A stretch of 64,000 nucleotides of DNA from Candidatus Iainarchaeum sp. (GTDB lineage Archaea; Iainarchaeota; Iainarchaeia; Iainarchaeales; VGJJ01). Both the position numbers and the translations under genes were made by a program. How positions within the stretch are numbered: the first letter of the stretch is position 1; every line of letters begins with the position of its first letter. The stretch covers positions 5,104 to 69,103 of the forward strand of contig JACQJG010000009.1 of NCBI GenBank assembly GCA_016198125.1. Direction: 5' to 3'. Under the pieces are notes generated by a model. That model saw only the letters and a program-made list of their open reading frames with translations. It searched no databases and was not told where the DNA came from. Below, piece by piece: positions 18,233-27,608 of the stretch.

Positions 18233-18673
18233 TTACCCTACTACAATGACCTTGCCAAATGTGGCTGCATCCACGTGATTGTGGTACGGCCATTCTCCTG
18301 CTTCGTTGAACACAAAGGAATACGATTCTCCGCTTGCAAGTTCTTTGCACGCATCAAAAGTCGTGGAAGCCTCTGGAGTGTTGCACTTTGCAATGCTGGA
18401 CCCTGGATACTTTTCATGGGTTGGGTGCACGGCGCTTGCAGGCCAGTTTGGGCTGTCCGCTGTGTTGACCCACGTGACTGTGCCTCCTTTCTTAACGGTA
18501 ACGGATTGAGGATCATACCCGTTGGATGTAATGTTTACTGTTGCGCTCATGGAAGCCGAAGCCGGGTTGGCAGGGGTTGGAGTTTGTTGGCTGGTTGAAC
18601 CTGTCTGGGCGCACCCTGCAAGCACCAGCAAGGCCATTACCCCTATTACGGGAAATAAACGCGTTTGTTTCAT
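18233..18673 (-). CDS. Cupredoxin-fold lipoprotein without canonical type-1 Cu ligands
   Basis: Lipobox LAGC; V.I...GYDPQSVTVKKGGTVTWVN; WPASAVHPTH; YSFVF.EAG.W.YHNH...G.VIV. Confidence 0.75.
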   Translation of the reverse strand: MKQTRLFPVIGVMALLVLAGCAQTGSTSQQTPTPANPASASMSATVNITSNGYDPQSVTVKKGGTVTWVNTADSPNWPASAVHPTHEKYPGSSIAKCNTPEASTTFDACKELASGESYSFVFNEAGEWPYHNHVDAATFGKVIVVG

Positions 18674-18901
18674 GCAATACCTCCCCCTTTGAAAAAAGGT
18701 ACAAACATACACGCGCATCTTTTTAAAAAACAGGTTGGCCGGCGATGGTCAAAAAAGTGAATAAAAGCCATTCCGTTCCTTAGCCCCTGCCCTTCACTTG
18801 AAAACGGGTCTGGAACGCTTGGAACCGTCAAAGAATAGCTGAGAAAAAGGCACAGGATTCTGCGTAAAAGAAGGCAAAGGCGCGCCCGCAACTCCAAACG
18901 C

Positions 18902-18909
18902 TTTTAAAC
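18902..18909 (+). promoter_or_regulatory. TATA box of the 5S rRNA gene
   Basis: TTTTAAA about 25 nt upstream of the 5S 5' end. Confidence 0.6.
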
Positions 18910-18929
18910 CTTGTCCTGGAATATTCCAT

Positions 18930-19050
18930 GTGATTAGCGGCCATAGTTGCCGGGAAACACCTGGACCCTTTTCGAACCCAGAAGTTAAGACGGCAAACGT
19001 TGCCATTGCACTGGGATTTCTCCTGGAGCGGTGCAACCGCTGCTAATCAC
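18930..19050 (+). rRNA. rrf: 5S ribosomal RNA, stand-alone gene
   Basis: 121 nt; ends pair (GTGATTAGCGG / CCGCTGCTAATCAC); conserved 5S motifs GCGGCCATAG, GGGAAACACC, GGACCC, CGAACCCAGAAGTTAAG; T-rich tract follows. Confidence 0.92.
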
Positions 19051-19167
19051 TTTACGTTTTTTAACCTGTTCAATGCAACCATGCACTGCTCAAAAAAGGA
19101 CACTTCACTGCTTAAAATAAAGGGCTGTGCAAAAAACATTTATATTTCGTCTTCTCTTAACCCGTTA

Positions 19168-21708
19168 ATGAAGAATAGTGCGAAAAAGTCCACCCAGTTG
19201 GACCGTATCAAAAAACTGGGCCCCATTGGAATTATTCTCCTAATCCTTATTTCCATTCTCTTGGTTGAATACATTCTTCCTGAAAAATTCTCTGGAATCG
19301 GAAAAGTTTTCAATCAAGCAATAGAACCTCTCCCTTCAGCGGGAAGTTTTGTCCCCGGCCGCGTGCTCGTCGGGTTCCTTGCGGTTGAACAAGCCGGTAT
19401 TGAGTCAGCGATTGCGGAAGCCGAGGCAACCAAAATCATCCAGGATGCTGTTCCCGGCGCTTCAATCAACCCGTCCCCAAGCTTCGAATCGCTCAAGCCG
19501 TTGGGAATTTACGTGGTCTCCGTCCAACCGGGCACGGAAAGCGCCGCTGTCAGCGCGCTCGTGCGGCAGCAAAAGGTGAAGTTTGCGGAACTGGATGAAA
19601 AAGTTCTCCCCGCTGTAGAACCGAACGATCCATGGTATGCGAACTGGGAATATTGGCTGAAGGAAATTGGCATGCCGAACGTCTGGGACATCACGAAGGG
19701 AAGCGAGAGTATCTACATCGCCATCCTGGACAGCGGGGTTGAAACCGCCCACGAGGATCTGAGCCCTGTCCTCCTCCCGGGCTGGAACGTGGTAAAAAAC
19801 AACAACGACGTTGAAGACTCTCCGACGAATGGACATGGCACCGCTACCCTGGGAACTGCCGGCGCCGCCACCAACAATGCCAAGCACGTGTCCAGCGTCG
19901 CCGGCTGGGTCAATGCCCAAGGCCAGAAGAAGATCATGATCCCCGTGAAGATAACGGATGACCTGGGATATACTACGTATTCAAACGTTGCCAGCGGCAT
20001 CACGTGGGTCAAAAACAACTATCCGCAAGCGCGGGTCATTAGCATCAGTTACGCACCATTGGAAGGCAGTTCAACGGTGAAATCCGCAGCGCAGGCATTC
20101 AAGACCACAAACAATGGGCTGGTTATTACCGGATCAGGGAATGACGGTGTATTGCTCTCGCAGCCGAATGTCCCGGAACTCATCACAGTGGGCGCCAATG
20201 CTGTTGACGACAAGAAGGCAAGCTTTTCAAATTATGGGGCCGTCGTTGATATATGCGCCCCCGGCACTGATAGGACAACGGTTCCCGGGAACACTGTAGC
20301 TACGGTTGGCGGGACTTCGATTTCCGCCCCCTATATCGCTGGCGTGGTCCAGATGGTCATGTCCGCGAACCCGTCCCTGCCCAATACCGAAGTCGAGAGC
20401 ATTTTGAAGTCGACCGCGGCTGATGTTGATCCAACGAATTATCCCGGCCCGGACATTCTCTGCGGCGCCGGTCGAGTCAACGCATACGCCGCCGTCCTCG
20501 CCGCCCTGGGCAGTGCCCAGGACACCACGCCTCCAACTGTTTCGATTACTTCTCCAAATAGCGGCGCCACGGTTTCGGGGATGATTACTGTTGCGGCCAC
20601 TGCCTCGGATAATGTGGGCGTGACAAAAGTCGACTTCGCGGTCGACGGACAGATCAAGGCAACCGATACGAGCAGCCTGTACAGCTTCCTCTGGGATACT
20701 AGCACGATCCCCAACGGGGCGCACACGGTTGCTGCCACGGCTTTTGACGCCGCTGGAAATGTTGGCACCCACCAGATCACAGTCAGCGTGAGCAACGCTC
20801 CGGATACCACTCCACCGACAGTCACCCTTAACATTCCCGTCGAGGGAGCCATTGTCTTAGGCCTGGTGCCGGTGTCCGCTTCCGCTTCAGACAACGTTGG
20901 GGTGACGAAAGTCAACTTCTTCGTCCTCACCAATCCGGTCTATCCCCTGGGCACGGATACCACGCTCCCCTACAACGTCTTCTGGGACTCAACCGCCACC
21001 AGCTTGGACGGTTCCGGAAATCCCCAGTTTCCTGACGGCCCGTACGTCCTGCAGGTTACCGCGCTCGACGCGGCCTTCAACTACGCCTCGGACCAGCACA
21101 CCGTCATCGTCAAGAACGCGCCCGACGCGGTCCCGCCGACGGTTACGATTACCGCCCCCGCGGATGGCCAGCAGGTCGGCGGTCTGGTCAGTATCCAAGC
21201 TACGGCCGCCGATAACCTTGGCGTGAAGCAAGTCACCTTCAGCGTCGACGGCGTCACGCTCGCCATTGATACCACTGCCCCTTATAGTGCTGTCTGGGAT
21301 TCCAAGGGTGTGAAAGCCGGCTGGCACACCATCACCGCCATCGCTCAAGACATGGACGGCAATCCCGCCCAGGATTCAGTCGCGGTCGAAACCGGAGTGC
21401 CCGACATCGATGCGACGAAACCGGATCATACTCCACCAGTTGTCACCATCCTCAGTCCCGCGAACGGCGCGCAACTCCCGAATGGGGGTTTTGTGGGCGT
21501 AGTTGTGAGTGCGAGTGATGCGAGCGGGATCAGTCTCTTGACGATTAAGATTGATGGTTCCCTCAAAGCCTCTTGCGCCGCCACAACGTGCTCATACAAC
21601 TGGAAAATGGCCGGCCTCCCAAACGGGCCGCATGTAGTTGAAGCAGAGGCCACGGATGGCTCCCCGAACGCGAATAAAGCAAGCACGAACATAACCGTGA
21701 CAAAGTAA
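19168..21708 (+). CDS. Membrane-anchored/secreted S8 subtilase with four C-terminal Ig-like domains
   Basis: N-terminal TM helix; catalytic ILDSG, NGHGT, GTSISAP; oxyanion GSGN; four D(T/A/H)xPPxVxxxxP repeats at about 20521, 20803, 21124 and 21424. The ORF-track start (19000) overlaps the 5S gene and is rejected. Confidence 0.9.
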   Translation: MKNSAKKSTQLDRIKKLGPIGIILLILISILLVEYILPEKFSGIGKVFNQAIEPLPSAGSFVPGRVLVGFLAVEQAGIESAIAEAEATKIIQDAVPGASINPSPSFESLKPLGIYVVSVQPGTESAAVSALVRQQKVKFAELDEKVLPAVEPNDPWYANWEYWLKEIGMPNVWDITKGSESIYIAILDSGVETAHEDLSPVLLPGWNVVKNNNDVEDSPTNGHGTATLGTAGAATNNAKHVSSVAGWVNAQGQKKIMIPVKITDDLGYTTYSNVASGITWVKNNYPQARVISISYAPLEGSSTVKSAAQAFKTTNNGLVITGSGNDGVLLSQPNVPELITVGANAVDDKKASFSNYGAVVDICAPGTDRTTVPGNTVATVGGTSISAPYIAGVVQMVMSANPSLPNTEVESILKSTAADVDPTNYPGPDILCGAGRVNAYAAVLAALGSAQDTTPPTVSITSPNSGATVSGMITVAATASDNVGVTKVDFAVDGQIKATDTSSLYSFLWDTSTIPNGAHTVAATAFDAAGNVGTHQITVSVSNAPDTTPPTVTLNIPVEGAIVLGLVPVSASASDNVGVTKVNFFVLTNPVYPLGTDTTLPYNVFWDSTATSLDGSGNPQFPDGPYVLQVTALDAAFNYASDQHTVIVKNAPDAVPPTVTITAPADGQQVGGLVSIQATAADNLGVKQVTFSVDGVTLAIDTTAPYSAVWDSKGVKAGWHTITAIAQDMDGNPAQDSVAVETGVPDIDATKPDHTPPVVTILSPANGAQLPNGGFVGVVVSASDASGISLLTIKIDGSLKASCAATTCSYNWKMAGLPNGPHVVEAEATDGSPNANKASTNITVTK

Positions 21709-21780
21709 AATTATCTATGAGTTCATTACCGGGCTTTGGCAGATATACGCTTATATATTACTTTTTTCTTAACTTGCCCT

Positions 21781-22620
21781 ATGAAGGGTGCAAAGTCTGA
21801 TGACTCGTTTACCGCCCCTCGTTTTGGCTGGGTGCACGTGCTGGGCATTGCCTTGGTTGCAAGCATCCTGGTTGGATTTGTTTCCTATTCTTTTGGCCAG
21901 GCCGCAGGGCCTGACGTGTCCCATCTCCTCCAGCAAATCAAAACCGCGTCAGGGGCTTCGGTGGACGCAGATGCAGATGACGTGATTGACCTTGCAGCCA
22001 CGGTGCTTGACGGGGCCATTACAACCATTAAATTGGCCAACTTGGCAGTCACCACGCCCAAAATAAGTGATGAGGCGGTAACCACTCCAAAAATTGCGGA
22101 CAACGCAGTTGATTCTGCAAAAATCGCAGACAACTCAATTGTGAACAAAAAAGTTTCAGACAGCGCGGTTTCCACTTCCAAGATAGAAGACAATGCAATT
22201 ACCAGTTCAAAAATTTCCGGCAACGCTGTGACTTCCTCCAAGATTTTGGACGGTGAGATTAAAACCCAGGACCTTGCGAACGCTTCCGTTACCCCTCAAA
22301 AGTTGAGCGAATCCTATTGTAAAAGTGACGGCACCAATTGCGCGTTTTCAGGGTGGACGTTTTACACAAACAACGCGCACAAAAGTGTTAACGACACTGA
22401 AGTCGCAGAGGTGAGCGTGTACTGTGATACTGTACAAGACGTGCGCATTGCGTGCTGGGGAAGTTATGACCCTGGTTCCACAAATGGACCTGACGAGTTC
22501 AGGCAAACGCCGGTGGACAAGGCCGATGGAACAAACGGGTGCAAGGCCAAGGCAGATTACACGGATAAGGAAGACAGTGAAGTGTGGGCGTATGTGACGT
22601 GCGCGCGCCAAGTGCCTTGA
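21781..22620 (+). CDS. Surface protein with N-terminal TM helix, decapeptide repeats and Cys-containing C-terminal domain
   Basis: Hydrophobic segment, about 10 tandem [NG]A[VI]TxxK[IL]x[DN] repeats, six Cys in the C-terminal part. Confidence 0.7.
   Translation: MKGAKSDDSFTAPRFGWVHVLGIALVASILVGFVSYSFGQAAGPDVSHLLQQIKTASGASVDADADDVIDLAATVLDGAITTIKLANLAVTTPKISDEAVTTPKIADNAVDSAKIADNSIVNKKVSDSAVSTSKIEDNAITSSKISGNAVTSSKILDGEIKTQDLANASVTPQKLSESYCKSDGTNCAFSGWTFYTNNAHKSVNDTEVAEVSVYCDTVQDVRIACWGSYDPGSTNGPDEFRQTPVDKADGTNGCKAKADYTDKEDSEVWAYVTCARQVP
22012..22308 (+). repeat. Degenerate 30-bp (10-aa) coding tandem repeat, about 10 units
   Basis: GAITTIKLAN LAVTTPKISD EAVTTPKIAD NAVDSAKIAD NSIVNKKVSD SAVSTSKIED NAITSSKISG NAVTSSKILD GEIKTQDLAN ASVTPQKLS. 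Confidence 0.8.
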
Positions 22621-22674
22621 AGGCTTTCAAATCCGTTGGGTTTTATAAAAACATGGGGGTTGGAGTTTTACTTA

Positions 22675-24753
22675 ATGAATGCAATGATTGAAGGCTTTAA
22701 AACGCGGTTGAAATGGCTGGGTTCAAGGGAATTCTTTTTCGTGGCGCTTGTGTTCCTGCTTGCGTTTTCCATTCGCGGGCACCTGTTGCGGTATGAACTG
22801 TTCTTCGAATTTGATTCCTACTGGCATGCACGCATGGTGTCGTATGTCCTTCAAAATGGATGGGTGCCTGTGCGCGATCCGTTGGCGTATTACCAGCTTG
22901 GCGGTGCGCCCATTGACACGGTGAATTACCTTTTTTGGATTGCAAGCACATTCATGTACAAGGTTTTCACTCTTGGTGCAATGTACAACAAGCAATTGTG
23001 GATTGAATTTGTGAAATTCCTGCCTGCGTTTTATGGCGCACTCATTTCAGTGGTGGCTTATTTTTTGGGAAAGGAATGGTTTGGAAAAAAAATGGGAGTT
23101 GCTGCAGGGCTGATGGCAGGCCTCATGGCCGCGTCCATTCCTGCTTTTGTGTACAGGACCATGGCGGGTTTTTTTGAAGACGATTCTTTTGGGTTCCTGT
23201 GGCTTGCCCTGGGGTATTACTTTTTCATTAAAGCCGTAAATGGGACTCCCTCTTTGGACCGCGCGCGCATGGTACATGCAGGACTTGCAGGAATCATGTT
23301 TGGCGCCATGGCGGCTTCCTGGGACGGCTACTTTTTGGTGGTATTAACCATGCTACCCTTCCTCTTGTTTGCATTCGTTAAATTGTGGGGCGAGCATGGA
23401 CTGAAAACAGCCAAACATTTTGCAGGATTGTGGGTTATTTCAATGCTTGTTTTCAGCGCAATCACCACCCTGGTGAGGGGAACCCAGTGGTTAAACACGG
23501 TGATAAGCATTCTAACGTTTGGTACAACGCTTCCATTGGCCTTGATTGCATTTGGAATCGTGGGGCTGATTGTGATTGGGGGCGCGTTGTTCATGGTGTT
23601 TGAACGCCAACAGAGTAGTGCTTCACACAAAGGGTTGAGGCTGGCTGGACTTGCATTCATGTACTTGTTTGTTGTTGCACTGGTGTACTTTTCAGGTACG
23701 TATCAAGCGCGGGCAAACACGGTTACTGGCTTAAGTGTGGGAGAAGAAAACATTGGAAGCCAGTTTTTTGGAAACAAGTATAGTTTTCTCGCATGGGTGC
23801 CATTCGTTGTATTGCTTATAACCCCCTGGATTGTATTCAGGAAAAAAGATGGACATACGCTTGCATTGCTTCATGCCTGGACGGGGGTAAGCCTGTTCAT
23901 GGCCTGGCAGAAACTCAAGTGGACTTTTCTTTTGGGACTGCCTTTGGGCATTGGACTCGCATTCTTATGCGTGGAAGCGTTTGCGTTTTTCCGAAACAGG
24001 AGCGGTTTGGAACGAAAAGTTGTTGGAGTGGCTGGCGCGTTTTTCCTGTTGATGGGCGTGGCCGCGGGCATGTTTTTTGTGACCCAAAACACGCCCAACA
24101 TTGAAATGAGCAACGGGTGGAAGGAAGTTCTTCCCTGGGTGAGTGACAACCTTCCGGAGGGCGCGCGCATGTTCAACTGGTGGGATGAAGGCCATTGGAT
24201 CAGCTTCCTGGGGGAACGCGCAGTGTACCTGGACAACCGGAATTATGATTCCAATGGAAATTCCCAGTACGGGCTTTTCGCGTTAAACGAGGATGAGGAA
24301 TCCGCATACCAAGCCCCGAAGAATGTGGGAGCGAATTATTGGATTGTGGGAAACGACCAGCTGGGCAGACTCAACAGTTTTGCTTTGTATGGGTACAATG
24401 TGACGAATTACAATGATCCGCGCGTGTCTGCATATGTTGGCATTGCAATGCCCTGTTCAAAATCCACGAATAACCTCACGGGTGAAACGAGTTATGCGTG
24501 CGCAGGCAATGTGTTGAATGAACAGCAAATGCTGAATTTGCCTGTGGGATGGGGTACGATTCCCAACCAGCTCATTGATAACCGCATTCCCATGTTTGCC
24601 TACCGGGAGAAAGACCATTCGTCTATTTACCTTTTCAATGTCCCGGCAAACAAGTCGTTGCTTGTACGCGCATGGTTTGGCGATCCCACGCTCAGGCACT
24701 TCAAGGAAATCCACCAGGAAAAAGGCGTTAAAGTGTTCCAGCTTGTTGACTGA
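22675..24753 (+). CDS. aglB: Oligosaccharyltransferase AglB/STT3
   Basis: EFDSYWHAR, RTMAGFFEDD, SVGEE, about 13 TM helices, WWDEG motif followed by DNRN. Confidence 0.9.
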   Translation: MNAMIEGFKTRLKWLGSREFFFVALVFLLAFSIRGHLLRYELFFEFDSYWHARMVSYVLQNGWVPVRDPLAYYQLGGAPIDTVNYLFWIASTFMYKVFTLGAMYNKQLWIEFVKFLPAFYGALISVVAYFLGKEWFGKKMGVAAGLMAGLMAASIPAFVYRTMAGFFEDDSFGFLWLALGYYFFIKAVNGTPSLDRARMVHAGLAGIMFGAMAASWDGYFLVVLTMLPFLLFAFVKLWGEHGLKTAKHFAGLWVISMLVFSAITTLVRGTQWLNTVISILTFGTTLPLALIAFGIVGLIVIGGALFMVFERQQSSASHKGLRLAGLAFMYLFVVALVYFSGTYQARANTVTGLSVGEENIGSQFFGNKYSFLAWVPFVVLLITPWIVFRKKDGHTLALLHAWTGVSLFMAWQKLKWTFLLGLPLGIGLAFLCVEAFAFFRNRSGLERKVVGVAGAFFLLMGVAAGMFFVTQNTPNIEMSNGWKEVLPWVSDNLPEGARMFNWWDEGHWISFLGERAVYLDNRNYDSNGNSQYGLFALNEDEESAYQAPKNVGANYWIVGNDQLGRLNSFALYGYNVTNYNDPRVSAYVGIAMPCSKSTNNLTGETSYACAGNVLNEQQMLNLPVGWGTIPNQLIDNRIPMFAYREKDHSSIYLFNVPANKSLLVRAWFGDPTLRHFKEIHQEKGVKVFQLVD

Positions 24754-24818
24754 GTTCCACGCCTTGTACCAGTACTCATTTAAAGCATGCGTTTTCCATT
24801 TCTTTTAGTGGGCTTTGC

Positions 24819-25916
24819 ATGCTTAAACTGTTGTCTAAACGGGTATTCTTTTTGCTGATTCTGGCATTCCTTATTGCACTCACCCGCATTGAAGCCTTGG
24901 TGGCCCTTATCGTATTTGTCATGTCTGCCACGCTGGTTTTTACCATTGTTCCATTTCTTGCCCACCGCATGAAACTTAGGGGTATTGTGGGAAAAGACAT
25001 GAACAAGTTCCACAAACCGGAAGTGCCAGAAATGGGGGGCATTGCAGTCATGCTGGGGTTTTTCGCAAGCGTTATTCTTGCACTCGTTTATTACGCGTAC
25101 CTCCACTTTTTTCCCGGATTGAATCTCACTGCGTTGCTTGCAGGCCTTCTCACTATTACCTTGGTGGGTTTTTTGGGCGTATTGGATGACCTGGTGGGAT
25201 GGAAGCAGGGCATCCGGCAATGGCAGCATGCCATCGTACCTGTTTTTGCAGCGCTCCCCTTGATGGCATTGCCTGAGGCGGTTGGATTCACTTCCATCAG
25301 CGTGCCTTTTTTTGGAGCGGTTCAACTGGGAATACTGTATTCTCTTGTCCTTGTGCCCATCGGCATTACTGGGGCCAGCAATGCGTCCAACATGCTTGCA
25401 GGATTTAATGGATTGGAAGCCGGCATGGGGCTTATTAATGCGTTGACTGTTTTGGCTGTTGCGTTCATTCTTGGAGAAATGGAAGCGGTTATTCTCATGG
25501 CTGGCCTGGCAGGGGCATTGGCTGCTTTTTTGTGGTTCAACTGGTATCCTGCAAAGATATTTCCAGGGGATTCACTAACGCTTATGACTGGGGCAGGAAT
25601 TGCGGCTGCAGTCATCATTGGCAACATGGAAAAAATTGGCATCATGCTGTTTGCCCTGTATTTTGTTGAGTTTGCATTCAAGGCCAAGCACAAATTCCAA
25701 AGCGAGTGTTTTGGTATTCCCCAAGCAGATGGAACCCTTAAAGCAAGCCCAAAAGGGGGAAGTGTAACCCACTGGATTATGAAACATGGAAAATTCACTG
25801 AGCCCCAGGTAACAGGCATCATTTTGACTGTGCAGGGAATTATCGCATTGATTGTATTTGTGTTATTCCTGCAGGGGTATCAGCTGGGCGTAAGCCAGGG
25901 GTTTGTGAAAGTATGA
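24819..25916 (+). CDS. UDP-GlcNAc:polyprenyl-phosphate GlcNAc-1-P transferase (Alg7/AglH/GPT-like)
   Basis: GKDMNK, VPEMGG, LDDL, NASNMLAGFNGLEAG, FNWYPAKIFPGDS. Confidence 0.88.
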   Translation: MLKLLSKRVFFLLILAFLIALTRIEALVALIVFVMSATLVFTIVPFLAHRMKLRGIVGKDMNKFHKPEVPEMGGIAVMLGFFASVILALVYYAYLHFFPGLNLTALLAGLLTITLVGFLGVLDDLVGWKQGIRQWQHAIVPVFAALPLMALPEAVGFTSISVPFFGAVQLGILYSLVLVPIGITGASNASNMLAGFNGLEAGMGLINALTVLAVAFILGEMEAVILMAGLAGALAAFLWFNWYPAKIFPGDSLTLMTGAGIAAAVIIGNMEKIGIMLFALYFVEFAFKAKHKFQSECFGIPQADGTLKASPKGGSVTHWIMKHGKFTEPQVTGIILTVQGIIALIVFVLFLQGYQLGVSQGFVKV

Positions 25917-26359
25917 AGGTGTGCATTGCGGCTTCCGCAGGCGGGCATTTGACTGAAGTCTTGCAGGTGCATGAGGCATGGAAGAACGTGGACCATTTTT
26001 TTGTTTCGGATAAAAGGGAAAATGCCGTTGAATTGGCGAAAAAGGAAAAGGTATTCTTTGTCGCGTGCCCGCGGAGAAATCCTTTGCATTTGGCCCAAAG
26101 TTTTATGCAATCGTTCAAGCTTTTCGTTGTCCAAAAACCCGATGTAGTTATTTCCACGGGCGCAGACACTGCCATTTCTACGTGCCTTATTGCCAAACTG
26201 TTTGGAAAAAAAGTCATTTTCATTGAAAGCTATGCACGCATTTCAAGTCCAAGTCTTTCGGGCAAAATCATGTATCCATTGGCGGACCTTTTTCTTGTGC
26301 AATGGAAGCAGAACCTTTCCTTTTTTCCAAAAGCAATTTTTGCAGGGAGCGTGTTCTAA
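25913..26359 (+). CDS. Alg14/PssD/CpsF-like glycosyltransferase subunit (acceptor half)
   Basis: ASAGGHL, DVVISTGA, FIESYARI..PSLSGK..YP.AD.F.VQW; ATGA overlap with the GPT gene. Confidence 0.88.
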   Translation: MKVCIAASAGGHLTEVLQVHEAWKNVDHFFVSDKRENAVELAKKEKVFFVACPRRNPLHLAQSFMQSFKLFVVQKPDVVISTGADTAISTCLIAKLFGKKVIFIESYARISSPSLSGKIMYPLADLFLVQWKQNLSFFPKAIFAGSVF

Positions 26360-26851
26360 TTGAATATTTTTGTTGCAGCTGGAACCCACCCCCAGCCTTT
26401 TGACAGGCTATTCAGGGCATTGGACGAATTGAAAGCAAAAGGCGGTTTGAAGGACGAAGTGTTTGCCCAGACCGGTCATTCAGCGTATGTGCCGAAGAGC
26501 TTTGAAAGCAAATCTCTTTTGGACTTGAACGAGTTCAACAGGCGCTTTGCATGGGCCGACCTTGTAATCACCCATGGAGGCGCTGGAAGCATCTTGACTG
26601 CCTTTGAAGCAGGAAAAAAAGTCATGGTAGTTCCACGCCAAAAAAAATTCAACGAACATACGAACGACCATCAACTCGAACTTGCACGCGTCCTCGCAGT
26701 AGAAGGAAAGGCCTTGGAAGTCGTTGACATCAAAGACCTTGAAAAGACCATTGAAAAGGCGCGCACGTTCAAGCCGGACCTGCAAACGTCCAAGCAGGGC
26801 CTTGTCAAAGCAATTCGCGAAAAGTTAAAGGAATGGGAACGGAAAAAATGA
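26360..26851 (+). CDS. Alg13/PssE/CpsG-like glycosyltransferase subunit (donor half)
   Basis: IFV..GTHPQPFDRL, AQTG, ITHGGAGSI, VPR....EH.NDHQ. Confidence 0.88.
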   Translation: MNIFVAAGTHPQPFDRLFRALDELKAKGGLKDEVFAQTGHSAYVPKSFESKSLLDLNEFNRRFAWADLVITHGGAGSILTAFEAGKKVMVVPRQKKFNEHTNDHQLELARVLAVEGKALEVVDIKDLEKTIEKARTFKPDLQTSKQGLVKAIREKLKEWERKK

Positions 26852-26883
26852 GAAAAAGAGTAAAGTTTTTATTGAATCACTGA

Positions 26884-27567
26884 ATGAGTCGAATAATGGA
26901 AAAACAGTACAAATACCTGGGTTTAATCACAGCGCTCTATATTACTTTTCAATTAGTATCTGATGTAACTGCAGGAAAAATTGTTCAACTTTGGATGTTC
27001 ACGGTTTCAGCAACCGTGCTTTACTTTCCATTTACCTACATATTCGCAGACGTTCTAACAGAAGTTTATGGGTATTCCCGTGCAAGACGCGTGGTCTGGA
27101 CTGTTCTCCTGTGCTCGGTCATTGCAGGCATTGTATACACTTTTGTTGTGTTATTGCCCCCGGCAATTGGGTTTGATGCGAATGACGCGTACACAAGGGT
27201 CCTTGGACAAATTCCACGCATACTGCTTGGAGGATGGATTGCGGTTTGGGTTGGAGGAATATTAAACGACTATATTCTGGCAAAGATGAAGGTGTGGACC
27301 AGGGGAAAACACCTTTGGACTCGAACGATTAGTTCTACAATTGTCGGGGAAGGGGCAAACACGGTTTTATTTTATGTCATTGCGCTTTCAGGAGTCATTC
27401 CAAACGCTTTGCTTGTCGCGTCTATTTTTTCGGGCTGGTTTCTGAAGGTTTTGGTTGAAATCGTTTTCACGCCCGTCACATACTATGTGGTGAATTGGTT
27501 GAAGAAAGCGGAAAACGAAGACTTTTACGATACGAACACCAAGTTCAATCCATTCAAAATAGAGTAA
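26884..27567 (+). CDS. yhhQ: Queuosine-precursor transporter, YhhQ/VUT family (COG1738)
   Basis: V.AGK, FPFTY..ADVLTEVYGY..AR, PRI, MK..T.GKHLW.RT..ST.VGE..NT..F, C-terminal E..DFYD..T.FNPF. Confidence 0.88.
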   Translation: MSRIMEKQYKYLGLITALYITFQLVSDVTAGKIVQLWMFTVSATVLYFPFTYIFADVLTEVYGYSRARRVVWTVLLCSVIAGIVYTFVVLLPPAIGFDANDAYTRVLGQIPRILLGGWIAVWVGGILNDYILAKMKVWTRGKHLWTRTISSTIVGEGANTVLFYVIALSGVIPNALLVASIFSGWFLKVLVEIVFTPVTYYVVNWLKKAENEDFYDTNTKFNPFKIE

Positions 27568-27608
27568 AAGAGTGAAAAATTAAATAGATTCCTGTCCAAG
27601 ACGTTCTC

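Noticed and set aside
18670..19167. ORFs 18670..18897 and 18794..19036, and the 19000 start of the subtilase
   Set aside because: They overlap the 5S rRNA gene or its promoter region and have no recognisable protein features.
22012..22308. 30-bp periodicity as a CRISPR array
   Set aside because: Repeats are degenerate at DNA level, conserved at protein level, have no spacers, and no cas genes are present.
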